Of a stretch of DNA of 31,677 nt, positions 8,407 through 17,839 are shown one piece after another. A program made the translations under genes and the position numbers. A model generated the notes under the pieces. It had not been told where the DNA came from and ran no database searches. It was given only the letters and a program-made list of their open reading frames with translations. Each line of letters starts with the position of its first letter. Position 1 is the first letter of the stretch. Source of the stretch: a virus (lineage: Duplodnaviria > Caudoviricetes); IMG/VR virus record IMGVR_UViG_3300032320_000694, positions 1 to 31,677 of that record, one strand, 5' to 3'.

Positions 8407-9315
8407 TTAAGCGCCTGGTGATCCATACATACCCAATGGATCTGACCAACCAAATGAATAACGCTCACGAGACTTGTAACGCACGTTACCAGTTTCAAAA
8501 TCGCCGTCCATTGCATTGGAAAGAGGAGTACGTACAAAGTGCTTCATACCGTTAGGAACATCAGTCGTCAAGAACCATGCATTAGAATCGGTCAAGAAGT
8601 GATTGATTGTGTAACCTTCAGGAATAGAACCATTGTTCTTGATAGCGTTAATATCGTTATCAGTTGTACCAACACGGAGTTCTGTCTCTAACAAACGAGT
8701 AGCAACGAACTGTAGTGCAGGTGGAACAATTAATTTCTTAGGTTTTGCAGCAATTAACAAACCACGCTCATCAGTCCAAGCAGCAATTTGAATAACGGCG
8801 TTCTCTAAAGAAGTCTCATTCAAGTCAGCCGCAGTAGCTGGAGTGTTGCTGTTAACAGAAGTGTTAATCAATGGATGTTGTGTGTTAAATAATGAAACAC
8901 CATCACCGCCTTGATAACCGTTATTAAAGCCGTTGTTTAATACAGCAGCAGCCTTAACTTGCTTCGTGTATGACATAGCACGAGCTAAACCTTTAGTATA
9001 GCGAGCTGATAAAGAATCGTAGAGGTTATCTTCAATTGCTTCTTCAGTCAAGCTAAAGCCAAGGGCGATAGTTTCGTGATTATAGCGAGCTGTCCATGCT
9101 TCTTGTGCGTTGTCGTAACGAATAGCCTGACCTTCGTTTTTAACTGGCGCAGCAGAGAATCCAGACAGTTTTGTTTCTTCTTCAAAAGAACGCTCAGAGG
9201 TCTCTGTTTCATAGATCTCTTTATGTTCTTCACCGTAGCGAGCATACTCCAAACCAAACAATGCGTTCAATCCAGGTAGGAGCTCTTTTAATAGTTGTGC
9301 GCGAGAAATAGCCAT
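8407..9315 (-). CDS. Major capsid protein (Mu gpT-like)
   Basis: 302 aa MAISRAQLLKELLPGLNALFGLEY...RERYSFGWSDP, a recognisable MCP family; GGAG RBS and downstream terminator. Confidence 0.9.
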   Translation of the reverse strand: MAISRAQLLKELLPGLNALFGLEYARYGEEHKEIYETETSERSFEEETKLSGFSAAPVKNEGQAIRYDNAQEAWTARYNHETIALGFSLTEEAIEDNLYDSLSARYTKGLARAMSYTKQVKAAAVLNNGFNNGYQGGDGVSLFNTQHPLINTSVNSNTPATAADLNETSLENAVIQIAAWTDERGLLIAAKPKKLIVPPALQFVATRLLETELRVGTTDNDINAIKNNGSIPEGYTINHFLTDSNAWFLTTDVPNGMKHFVRTPLSNAMDGDFETGNVRYKSRERYSFGWSDPLGMYGSPGA

Positions 9316-9327
9316 TTAATTTGCTCC

Positions 9328-10155
9328 TTAAGCTATGTTGTAACGATGAACACCAAAGTTAAACTTAACGATGGCTTCGGGGGTTTCTATTAACACAACA
9401 GTACCAGCTACTTGCGTTGCAACTGAAGTAACAGATAAAGTTGTATTTCCTGTAGTTGATACAGTTGTTGCTGAACTTAATGTTGAGCCAGTGTACTGCA
9501 ATTGACCGCTTACTAAGTTATATACGTCTGTTCCGACTGGTAAGAATGTACCAACAGCCAAGCCAGATACAACAACAGAAGTTGCCGAAGGGGCTCCGCC
9601 AGATACATAAGTAGCAGAAAGTTCAGTTTGTGTGTCAGGTACTAAGCTAACAATACGGAAACCAGCAGTCGATGCGCCAGCAGCAGAGGCTGAAACAATA
9701 GACATTCTGGAATTACCAGTAGAAGTTAAACCAGACTGTGTACCACCAACGATGTTAGAACCAACCAATAGGGATGAAACAGAACCAATAGTTGTTCCGC
9801 CAGCGGAAGTTGTAGCTGCCACTTGGAATAATGTGTCAGGATCATCGCAAACAATCGCAGTAATATCGCCGGCTGTTACGTTGCCAGGGTAGTACTGTGA
9901 GAATAAGCGTTGTTTAGTTACAGGGCTAGTATAGTAACAACCTAAAAATACACCAACAACAACGTTAGTTGAGTTGACAGGATAGGATGGTATTGTTGCA
10001 TAACCAGCGGTTAATGTTACTGCATCGCCGTAAAAAATAGGGGTAGTGTAGTTGTACTGGATCGGGAAATTGCGAGTTGATCCAGCGAACGGTTGTCCAC
10101 CGATAAGATTAACGGGCTTTAGACCATAAGGTCCTGATATTTCTGGATAAGCCAT
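9328..10155 (-). CDS. Capsid decoration/cement-like protein
   Basis: PYGLKPV.LIGG, IF.GD.V, GVF.GC and V.DDP..LF motifs; directly upstream of the MCP; GGAG RBS supports ATG 10155. Confidence 0.65.
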   Translation of the reverse strand: MAYPEISGPYGLKPVNLIGGQPFAGSTRNFPIQYNYTTPIFYGDAVTLTAGYATIPSYPVNSTNVVVGVFLGCYYTSPVTKQRLFSQYYPGNVTAGDITAIVCDDPDTLFQVAATTSAGGTTIGSVSSLLVGSNIVGGTQSGLTSTGNSRMSIVSASAAGASTAGFRIVSLVPDTQTELSATYVSGGAPSATSVVVSGLAVGTFLPVGTDVYNLVSGQLQYTGSTLSSATTVSTTGNTTLSVTSVATQVAGTVVLIETPEAIVKFNFGVHRYNIA

Positions 10156-10174
10156 AAAAATCTCCAATTAAAAG

Positions 10175-10624
10175 TTAAGTTCCTTTACCAAAACGAACTT
10201 CAGATTTACTCTCTTTAAAGAGTGGCATCCTAGGATCGCTTTGACGCATTAAATTATTATCTACAGCTTCCGTCTGATCTTGTGTTTGCTTGTCGTAATA
10301 TTGTGTACGCTGCTCAACAAATTCTTTCGGAGTTTTGCAAAGTAATAACCCGCCAATCTCAATGTTGTCTTTAAACTTTCCATCGCTATTAGCTAACAGT
10401 TTAAATTTTGGTTGCTCTTCAATACTTACTGGCTCCCAACCCTCCCTTAATTTCGCAGAAATATTACGGGGGTCAGCATTAGTTAGTGTTGAAACACGAA
10501 TCCAACGATACGCATACCCTTCCTGTTTATCAGGTTCAGGTAATAGTTCAGGTGGCATCCACTGTTTAGGACGTTCTGTTTGTTGTCTTGTGGCGATTTC
10601 GCGTGGTTCTCTATTATTAGTCAT
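10175..10624 (-). CDS. Conserved head-module protein
   Basis: 149 aa W.PP..L, YRWIR, REGWEPV and GGLLLCK motifs. Confidence 0.75.
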   Translation of the reverse strand: MTNNREPREIATRQQTERPKQWMPPELLPEPDKQEGYAYRWIRVSTLTNADPRNISAKLREGWEPVSIEEQPKFKLLANSDGKFKDNIEIGGLLLCKTPKEFVEQRTQYYDKQTQDQTEAVDNNLMRQSDPRMPLFKESKSEVRFGKGT

Positions 10625-11507
10625 TTTGGGACTCCAATTTATTTACTTCATTATGATATTGTTCTGGCGTAAGCTTGAATTTCTTCGCCAAAGCCAATTG
10701 CGTAGGTGTAAGTTTGATACGTTTTGATTGGGTAGATCGAGACGCGGGCGCTACAACCGATGATTTTTTAGTTGTGGCGGAATCTTTGGTTCCCGCATTT
10801 TCCCCAAATTTATCAGGGAATCGTTTTCTCATTTCTGTATCAATAACATTCCAGTAATAATCGGAGCCGTTTGGAACCCCTTCTTTTTCTAGACGTTTAT
10901 GAATACCTAAAGCAAGAAAACTCATATCTTCATCCACACCGTACCACTTGTTTTTGTCAAGCCAAGCCTGGGTTTTTGCTTCCAGTCTTTGGGGTGGTTG
11001 CGATATTTCTATTGCATTTGATTCATATTGTATATCATTATTTTGATATTGTGTGTCATAAATATCAAATTCTTTGAGTTTTATCTTAATATCGGTCAGT
11101 TTTTCTTGAGCCTCTACTAAGCGGTCAGCATCGCCAGAATCATAAGCATCTTTATATTCTTGCTTTGCCACTCCCAAATCTTGCGCAGTTTTTTCTTTTA
11201 CGCCAGATGATAATCGACCTTTTAATTGTTTGTTTTCTTCAACAATAATTTGGGCAATTCGGGTTGCTTCTGTTTGTTCACGTATTGCAGCATCTTTTGC
11301 TCTACGCTCATCGTTAATTAACTTTTTCATTTGAAGCAAGCGTTGCTTTGCTTCTTTTGAATAAGACTCTAAGTCATCATTATCAATTTCGTCAACAATA
11401 TCTTTTGGTAGTGGTTGAGCATTAATCCGATCTTCTTCTGGAACATCGTCAATAATTTCAATTTCTACTTCTTCATCTGGAAATTTATATTCTTCAAAGT
11501 CAGCCAT
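10617..11507 (-). CDS. Putative scaffolding protein
   Basis: Acidic N-terminus, long coiled coil, W..KN.W.G motif, C-terminal LTP.Q..LAKK..LT.EQY; lies between portal and MCP. Confidence 0.65.
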   Translation of the reverse strand: MADFEEYKFPDEEVEIEIIDDVPEEDRINAQPLPKDIVDEIDNDDLESYSKEAKQRLLQMKKLINDERRAKDAAIREQTEATRIAQIIVEENKQLKGRLSSGVKEKTAQDLGVAKQEYKDAYDSGDADRLVEAQEKLTDIKIKLKEFDIYDTQYQNNDIQYESNAIEISQPPQRLEAKTQAWLDKNKWYGVDEDMSFLALGIHKRLEKEGVPNGSDYYWNVIDTEMRKRFPDKFGENAGTKDSATTKKSSVVAPASRSTQSKRIKLTPTQLALAKKFKLTPEQYHNEVNKLESQND

Positions 11508-11516
11508 GATTTCTCC

Positions 11517-11933
11517 TTAAGCTCTTGAAATTCCACGAGGATCTTGAACAACTCCCTCGACAGAATCATCGTTAATAATACGGAATTCTTTTCCGTGAAT
11601 TTTTAATCTTGTTCCAGTGTTTGGTCTGGCAAGAATAAAATCACCCACATTACACCATGGGCCAGTTGGGAAACGATCTTTGTCTGTATAACAGTCAGGA
11701 CCCATTTTTACAACAAAAAATACCGTTGAAAGTACTTCTTCCATGTGTAAAGTTGAATCTGCTTTTATAAGACCGCTGTTGCCGTATTCTTTTTCTGCAT
11801 CAGGAATGGCTACTAGCATATGATATCCACAAGGTTCTGGAAGCTGTTTGGCTTTTTCTTCTGGATCGGTTGGTAAGGTTGTTACATTTTTTACGTCATC
11901 GGGGTTTGATCCGATTAGTAGACTGTCAGTCAT
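11517..11933 (-). CDS. groES: GroES/Cpn10-like co-chaperonin
   Basis: P.G..MLV, SGLI mobile loop, VVKMGPD.Y, VGD.IL, G.E.RIINDD.V.GVV. Confidence 0.8.
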   Translation of the reverse strand: MTDSLLIGSNPDDVKNVTTLPTDPEEKAKQLPEPCGYHMLVAIPDAEKEYGNSGLIKADSTLHMEEVLSTVFFVVKMGPDCYTDKDRFPTGPWCNVGDFILARPNTGTRLKIHGKEFRIINDDSVEGVVQDPRGISRA

Positions 11934-12120
11934 CAAAATTCTCCAAGTTCTTTTTGAGGTCCATAATATACATCCGCACAGACAATAGACCTGTAATTTG
12001 CCCGCACATTTTTTGGTATTCAGCGTAGTCTTTGGCTACGCCTGTACCTAGAGATTCTTCCAAATCTCTTACTTTTACATCTACTTTTTGGAATAGATGG
12101 TCAAGAATTTTTTCTTTCAT
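11926..12120 (-). CDS. Small conserved head-module protein
   Basis: 64 aa, G.AKDYAEY...CG.I.GL; overlaps the portal stop. Confidence 0.7.
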   Translation of the reverse strand: MKEKILDHLFQKVDVKVRDLEESLGTGVAKDYAEYQKMCGQITGLLSVRMYIMDLKKNLENFDD

Positions 12121-14594
12121 TTATTTTCCTTTTTTGATGGATTTTGCCCTTTATTTTGCTGGCTTTGTCTTTGTTGGTTTAATTGTGCTTGAGACTGGCT
12201 TACTTGTTGCCCAATTTTCAACCCTTCTATTTGTTGTTTAACTTTTAAATTTGCTTGATCTGATGCGGCTTTTGCACCAACTTGCATTCCTGCTATTTCT
12301 TTTTGTGCAGAAATTCGCATTCTTTCTATTTCTAGTTGATCTGCTCCTTTTGCTGCATCTATCTGCATTTTTTGTTGTTTTATTTGAATTTCTTGTTCTT
12401 TTAACTTTAATTCTTGCATTTGCATTTGAATAATTGGGTCTTGCGCCGCTTGTTGTGCTTGTTGAGCAGCCATTTCTGTTTGATTCATTCCCAATAAGTT
12501 TTGCGCAGCTGGAACCGCAAACCGTGATATTTGCATTTCTTGTTCTGGCGACAGTTTTACTTCATCATCTTCAGAGTAAGGAATATTCATACCCATTTGC
12601 TGTTGCATTTGTCTCATGTATTCCATACCTACATGCTCTGCAATGTGCGATTGTAATGCCTGGTGCATTTGCGGGGCTTGTGGATTTTGCGACATGACTT
12701 GTTTAATTTTAGGATCATTCATTACTGCCATATGAATTTGTATATGGGCTTGATGATCTTGATACATAAAGGCTTTAATTGGTTTTAATTTTAATACGTT
12801 AGCGTTTTCTGTCACCGGATCTTCAGGTTTCATATCATCCGGCATAGGAACTAGTTTTTCTGCATTTTTAATGCCTATTGCCTCTAGCATTTGTCTATGC
12901 AAGTAAGGCAAATTATATAGTTGTGGGGCAGTTTGTGAAAGCTGTAAAACTGCTTGATATTGCACAACTTTTTGTGACATTGTTGCCGAGTTAGGGTCAC
13001 TTACTGGAATAATATTAATCATTTCATAGTCAGACTTACGGGCTTTTTTGTTGCCTGTATCTGGTTCATATGAATAATTTTCAGGAGCATAGTCCGCAAT
13101 TATCTTTTTAAGCAATTTAAACTCTTGCTTCATAGAATAATGGATGCGCGCCTGTATTGCCGACATGACTTTTAACGTTCTTTCCAGAATAGCCAGCGTT
13201 GTACCTACTGGTGACTGGCTTGACATATCAGATACCTTTAAATCTCCGCTTGATGCAAACCTTCTTGCCTCATCTACAATTTGATTGAGCAGGGTATACA
13301 ATACTTGGCTAGGTTCTTTGTAAGGAAGAGGCATAATATTGTCACGCATTGTGCCACTTGGTACATCTACGTCTCTAAATTCACCCGGAGCTATCGGTGT
13401 GTCATCGCCTTTTACACGTAATCCCCTAGTTTTAAAGCCGCCCGGTAAATTTGCTAAAGATCCAGCATCTACTAACTGTCTTAATATGGATGTTCCTGAT
13501 TTTGCAAACGCTCCAAGTAAGTGTATTAAGCCAAAATGATAAAATCCAAAGCCAGGAATATAGCCATAATGCACAAAATGTTGGCGTTTTTGGTGTTTAT
13601 TGTCTTCTGGATCCCAGTTTCTGCGTATTGCTAAAACAGTATTACTGGATTTTTCAATGGTTACCACATATGGCAAAGCAAGTCCCGTAGGATTGCCGTC
13701 TTTATCCTTATGCTCATAACCAGGAATATCTAAATTGGTATGAATTTCCAATATTTTATAACGGTCATCCGATGTTGCCCTAAAGCCTAGTTTTTCCGCT
13801 ATCTTTTTTTCTACTTCATCTAAGGTGTTGCTTGGATCGCCAAGATCAATGTTACGGTAAAAACCTTCTAATTGTAAATGAATGAGTTCATTTTCGGTCT
13901 TTCGCATGACATGGGTAATGCGTTCCGCAGATTCTAGACTTGATGCCCCATAAGGAACAACCAAATCTTCTGCCGGTATATACATCGATACTTGTCTGTC
14001 AAATGTTGGATCTATATATACTTTTTTAAATCCATTGCCAGATAAACCTACTCCCCAGAGCATTCTTTCATGTTCTACTCTGTATTCTTGCATTCTTTCT
14101 GTTAATTCATAATTCATGTCATCGACTACTCGTGTCATGGCATCTTTTTTCTCTGGCGTTTCTTTGCCAATCATTTCTCCACGCACAGGTCCTGCCGCTG
14201 GAAATGTTTCCATAATTGTTTCTGACTGAAACTTAATGACCGCTTCAGCTAAAACAGGGTGAAATACGCCACATGCACCTTCCCATGGTTCTGATCGTTC
14301 TTCTATTTTTAAGCCAAGGAGTTCTAAACCATCAACATACGTCTGTACCCAGTCTTTTCTTGAATCAAGGTCTGTTTGAAATTCGCCAACCAAATCCCCT
14401 GCAATTTGCAATAATTCTGCTTCAGATAATTCTTCTGCTAAATTAATATTAAAGTCATCTTCTTCTTTGCCAATATTAATTTCCAAGTCACCAATGTCTA
14501 TATTGACTTCTTCCGGATCTATAATCTCAATTTCTATTGGTTCAGAATCCATCATTGGTAAACCACTTTGGTACATTGCTTTATCTATTGACAT
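12117..14594 (-). CDS. Portal protein
   Basis: 825 aa right after terL; PWEGACGVFHP, G.GFKKVY, GFY.FGLIH motifs and a Q-rich C-terminal coiled coil. Confidence 0.85.
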   Translation of the reverse strand: MSIDKAMYQSGLPMMDSEPIEIEIIDPEEVNIDIGDLEINIGKEEDDFNINLAEELSEAELLQIAGDLVGEFQTDLDSRKDWVQTYVDGLELLGLKIEERSEPWEGACGVFHPVLAEAVIKFQSETIMETFPAAGPVRGEMIGKETPEKKDAMTRVVDDMNYELTERMQEYRVEHERMLWGVGLSGNGFKKVYIDPTFDRQVSMYIPAEDLVVPYGASSLESAERITHVMRKTENELIHLQLEGFYRNIDLGDPSNTLDEVEKKIAEKLGFRATSDDRYKILEIHTNLDIPGYEHKDKDGNPTGLALPYVVTIEKSSNTVLAIRRNWDPEDNKHQKRQHFVHYGYIPGFGFYHFGLIHLLGAFAKSGTSILRQLVDAGSLANLPGGFKTRGLRVKGDDTPIAPGEFRDVDVPSGTMRDNIMPLPYKEPSQVLYTLLNQIVDEARRFASSGDLKVSDMSSQSPVGTTLAILERTLKVMSAIQARIHYSMKQEFKLLKKIIADYAPENYSYEPDTGNKKARKSDYEMINIIPVSDPNSATMSQKVVQYQAVLQLSQTAPQLYNLPYLHRQMLEAIGIKNAEKLVPMPDDMKPEDPVTENANVLKLKPIKAFMYQDHQAHIQIHMAVMNDPKIKQVMSQNPQAPQMHQALQSHIAEHVGMEYMRQMQQQMGMNIPYSEDDEVKLSPEQEMQISRFAVPAAQNLLGMNQTEMAAQQAQQAAQDPIIQMQMQELKLKEQEIQIKQQKMQIDAAKGADQLEIERMRISAQKEIAGMQVGAKAASDQANLKVKQQIEGLKIGQQVSQSQAQLNQQRQSQQNKGQNPSKKENK

Positions 14595-14603
14595 TATCTA
14601 TCC

Positions 14604-16094
14604 TTAATAATAAGATTTCTTACGTTTAAATTCTATTGGCTCATCTTCTTCATCTGAAGGCAGCTGAATAAACCCGCCTCTTCTGAATCTTAAAAGTGCT
14701 TGCGTAGTCGAGTCTACCAAGTCGTCATGGTCTGAATTTGGAAATGCAGCTAATTCCTCTACTACTTCTTCAGCCCATCTTTTAGGTGGACACCACACTT
14801 TGCCAGAAGCAAATAAATCAGATACAGAATTTACACGAGCAATTTTATCATTACCTCGTGTTGGAGTAAACTCCTGTACCGGTATTCCCATTCTTCTTAA
14901 TTCAAATATTAATGGCGCTCCAGAAGCTTTTGCTTCTACAATAAAGGCATCTGGTTCATATTCTTTATACATATCATATGCACGTTGTTTTAATTCTGGA
15001 AACTCTAGCCGTTCTTTTAAAGCATCTAAAAGAATTATATTTGCGTCATTTTGATCTTCATTTAAATAAAATACCCCCCAAGTTGTACACGCAGAATAGT
15101 CAGATCTTTCGTTCTTTGTAAAAGCCGTATCCCAACTTTGTATAATAAACTCACACTTTGGCGGTCTTTCTTGTTCCCACATCTTCCACCATTCTCTTTT
15201 TACCAAAGCACCCTGTTCGCTGGTTGGGTCCTGTTGATACTGTGCCTGCCATTTAGATAATGGTAATTCAATTCTTAATTTGTTTAATTCTTCATAACTC
15301 CAGAACTCTGGCCATAAAGGTGTCTCATTACGCTTAATTGCCGGTAAACTAATAATCTCCCAGTCATCTCCGTCTCTGTCAATCATTGACTGACAAATCT
15401 TGCCTGTCAAGTCTCTCTTAGACCATCTAGTCATTACGATGACTATTGACCCTCCAGGCTGAAGACGCTGTCTCGGTCCAGAGGTATACCATTCATAGAC
15501 TTTATCAAATACGCTAGGATCTCCAGAAGCCAAAGCTGCTTCTTGTTCCGAGTGCGGATCGTCAATAATAAGCAAGTCAGCGCCCTTACCCGTTACTGTA
15601 CCGCCAACCCCAATCGCAAAGTATTCGCCGTTTTCATTAGTACTCCAACGCCCCGCTGCCTTAGAGTCTGACCTTAGAGCTACATTAGGAAATACCTTAG
15701 AGTAGGTTTCATTGCCTACTAAGTTCCTTACCTTACGACCAAAACCTACTGCAAGTTCTGCCGTATTAGAACACTGAATAATTTTCTTATTTGGAAACTT
15801 GCCTAAAAACCACGCCGGTAACAGATAACTAGCAAACTCCGACTTCGTATGTCTAGGAGGCATATTAATAATCAACCGCTTTGTCTTACCAGAGGCTATC
15901 TCTTCAAATTTTGTTGCCATGAGTGCATGATGTGCGCCATGAATAAAACCCGGCCACATGGTCTGCACAAATGTCATAAAGTCTATCTGCCCAGTTTCAC
16001 GTATCAAAGAATCTTGATAAGCCAGAGCCAAAGGCATTAATTGCTCTCTCTCCTGCTCCGGCAACATCTTTAATATATCTAATATATTATCCAT
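14604..16094 (-). CDS. terL: Terminase large subunit
   Basis: Walker A-like MPPRHTKS, Walker B LLIIDDP, VMTRW, YQQDP; nuclease motifs SWDTA and HDDLVDS. Confidence 0.95.
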   Translation of the reverse strand: MDNILDILKMLPEQEREQLMPLALAYQDSLIRETGQIDFMTFVQTMWPGFIHGAHHALMATKFEEIASGKTKRLIINMPPRHTKSEFASYLLPAWFLGKFPNKKIIQCSNTAELAVGFGRKVRNLVGNETYSKVFPNVALRSDSKAAGRWSTNENGEYFAIGVGGTVTGKGADLLIIDDPHSEQEAALASGDPSVFDKVYEWYTSGPRQRLQPGGSIVIVMTRWSKRDLTGKICQSMIDRDGDDWEIISLPAIKRNETPLWPEFWSYEELNKLRIELPLSKWQAQYQQDPTSEQGALVKREWWKMWEQERPPKCEFIIQSWDTAFTKNERSDYSACTTWGVFYLNEDQNDANIILLDALKERLEFPELKQRAYDMYKEYEPDAFIVEAKASGAPLIFELRRMGIPVQEFTPTRGNDKIARVNSVSDLFASGKVWCPPKRWAEEVVEELAAFPNSDHDDLVDSTTQALLRFRRGGFIQLPSDEEDEPIEFKRKKSYY

Positions 16095-16314
16095 TGATAT
16101 TTCTTATATTTAAGTAGGACGGTCTAATACTTCTAGTGTTCCTCGTATTACCTTTACAATACCCTTGTTTAATTAATGCCCGCATTTTACGAGCAACATT
16201 CCCGCGACCCTTCTCGCCAGTCATGTACATAATATCATCAATGGTAGGACCAAAGCCGTAACTCTCCCACCACTTCTCAATAATATGAAAAACCTCCTTC
16301 TGCGCAGGTGTCAT
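16087..16314 (-). CDS. LexA-type winged-helix DNA-binding protein (no peptidase domain)
   Basis: MTPAQKEV...I..W....GFGPTIDDI......G.V......L...GY.....R.IR resembles the LexA N-terminal domain; ATGA overlap fixes the start at 16314. Confidence 0.65.
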   Translation of the reverse strand: MTPAQKEVFHIIEKWWESYGFGPTIDDIMYMTGEKGRGNVARKMRALIKQGYCKGNTRNTRSIRPSYLNIRNING

Positions 16315-16640
16315 AGAAACTCTTTCCACAATCTCGCCAGACGTAATACATTTTCCTTATTCTCCCGAAACTCAGGATTATTCTTGTTCCGCTTGGCGTG
16401 AGCAATAAAAGCCTCATCTGTCATATCTAACTCAACCTCCGCCTCAGTCTCTAGCCAAACATACGCCCCGCAGCTCAACGGCTTATCAGGACTATACACT
16501 ACCTTACTCTCCCCAAGTATCCTAACACTATGAGCATACCTATTCTCCTTATATGTCTTTACCGTAATAACAGGATCATTTAATCCTTCTTTTTTGTTTT
16601 TTCTTATAACGTGTTGATTAATATGGATAATTTTTTTCAT
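16311..16640 (-). CDS. Conserved phage hypothetical protein
   Basis: IHINQHVIR.N, PVITVKTYK.N.Y and PDKPLSCGA.VW.ET motifs. Confidence 0.7.
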   Translation of the reverse strand: MKKIIHINQHVIRKNKKEGLNDPVITVKTYKENRYAHSVRILGESKVVYSPDKPLSCGAYVWLETEAEVELDMTDEAFIAHAKRNKNNPEFRENKENVLRLARLWKEFL

Positions 16641-17482
16641 ATACCCCCCACCCCTTTTTCATTATAATCGCTGACGGGGGGTGTTTCACGTGAAACATTT
16701 TCTTCCTGTGTGGAAAAATTTGATACCCCCACCTCTGGTAATTTATTGTGTGGAATACTATGCAAGTTGGCTGGCAACGCAACCGTCAATTCAGGGGTGT
16801 CGGGGGTGCGTAGGGTGTCAGGATTCCCATCGGAAACCCCATGCCCACTGCAATCATCCACATCATCCACATCATGTGCGTCATCTGCATCTACCTCAGT
16901 GTATGTTGCATCTACACAAGTGAGTTCTTCCAATAGTTCTTTAGCCGTGACCTTAGTCCTTGCGTGGATGGTTCTACTATTCTCTATGGCTTTGCTCACT
17001 GCTTCCATGAGTTTCTCTTTGAGTGTATTACTATCCAGTGAATGCACTATCTCTCTTCTCTCTGAGAACAATGCGACCTCACTCATCTTGCCTACCAGTT
17101 CCAATGCCTTAAGTTGCTGTGCTGGTGGTAGTTCGTCATCCAGTGCCATGTTGGTGAGTTTCTGTATTGCCATTGCCCTGATGCGTGTAGGTAAAAGATA
17201 CTCCTCTGCTTCTTTAGCCAGTGTGAGAGCATTTATGTATGTGTCCACATGGGGATGACTCGATACTTTGATAGCATCCCTACTGGCAGTTTCTCTCTTA
17301 CCATTGGTGTTATATGCTCTTCTATATGCCTCAGTCTTATTGCCAGTCTTTACGACTTCCTCTGCAAACCTTTTCTGTTTAGGAGTTAGTTTCTGTTCTA
17401 GTTGGTTACTTCCTAGTAATACTCTCTCGATTGGGATTGACTGTATCGCTTCGCTGATTTGTTTCTTTGTCAGACGTTTCAT
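16637..17482 (-). CDS. terS: Terminase small subunit
   Basis: LTPKQKRFAEE....GN.TEAYRRAY HTH, ALELVGK...LF, disordered C-terminal tail; upstream of terL. Confidence 0.8.
   Translation of the reverse strand: MKRLTKKQISEAIQSIPIERVLLGSNQLEQKLTPKQKRFAEEVVKTGNKTEAYRRAYNTNGKRETASRDAIKVSSHPHVDTYINALTLAKEAEEYLLPTRIRAMAIQKLTNMALDDELPPAQQLKALELVGKMSEVALFSERREIVHSLDSNTLKEKLMEAVSKAIENSRTIHARTKVTAKELLEELTCVDATYTEVDADDAHDVDDVDDCSGHGVSDGNPDTLRTPDTPELTVALPANLHSIPHNKLPEVGVSNFSTQEENVSRETPPVSDYNEKGVGGI
16682..16697. promoter_or_regulatory. Perfect parS consensus palindrome TGTTTCACGTGAAACA
   Basis: Exact 16-bp match to the canonical bacterial chromosomal parS, inside the terS C-terminal region (NVSRET). Confidence 0.7.
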
Positions 17483-17512
17483 AGGTATCTTTCAGGTATC
17501 TGTCCTTTCGTG

Positions 17513-17540
17513 ATTTTATCATCAAAAATACAACAATCAA
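17513..17540 (-). promoter_or_regulatory. Putative promoter for the terS/late operon
   Basis: TTGATT-16 bp-TAAAAT with TGn extended -10 on the minus strand. Confidence 0.5.
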
Positions 17541-17544
17541 AATA

Positions 17545-17599
17545 AATGTAAATATTTATTAAAAAAGTATTGACAGTCAAGTATATTCATCTTTAAACT
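17545..17599 (+). promoter_or_regulatory. Strong sigma-70 early promoter
   Basis: TTGACA (17570-17575)-18 bp-TAAACT (17594-17599) with an AT-rich UP element; the -35 lies within palindrome TTGAC-A-GTCAA. Confidence 0.7.
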
Positions 17600-17650
17600 C
17601 TAGTTATGCAATACATGAAACCTCTCTCAACCCATCTACTAGGAGTTCTA

Positions 17651-17830
17651 ATGGAAATTACAGTAAAAATCAAACCAGTCTATGGAGTAGATAACATCTA
17701 TCCTGTATGTCCTCAAGCCCATCTATTTGCTCGTCTTGCCAATACCAAGACTCTTACAAGAGATTCAATCAAGACCATTAAAGACTTGGGCTACACAATC
17801 AAAATTGAACAACAATCTATCTCAATCTAA
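17651..17830 (+). CDS. First early gene, hypothetical (VYG...IYP family)
   Basis: 59 aa from ATG 17651 with CTAGGAG RBS. Confidence 0.75.
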   Translation: MEITVKIKPVYGVDNIYPVCPQAHLFARLANTKTLTRDSIKTIKDLGYTIKIEQQSISI

Positions 17831-17839
17831 GGAGCATCT

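Noticed and set aside
89-17513. Plus-strand ORFs opposite the structural genes (e.g. 579..1088, 5797..6240, 10335..10727, 16710..17258)
   Set aside because: Antisense shadows of well-supported, tightly coupled minus-strand genes; no RBS or recognisable motifs.
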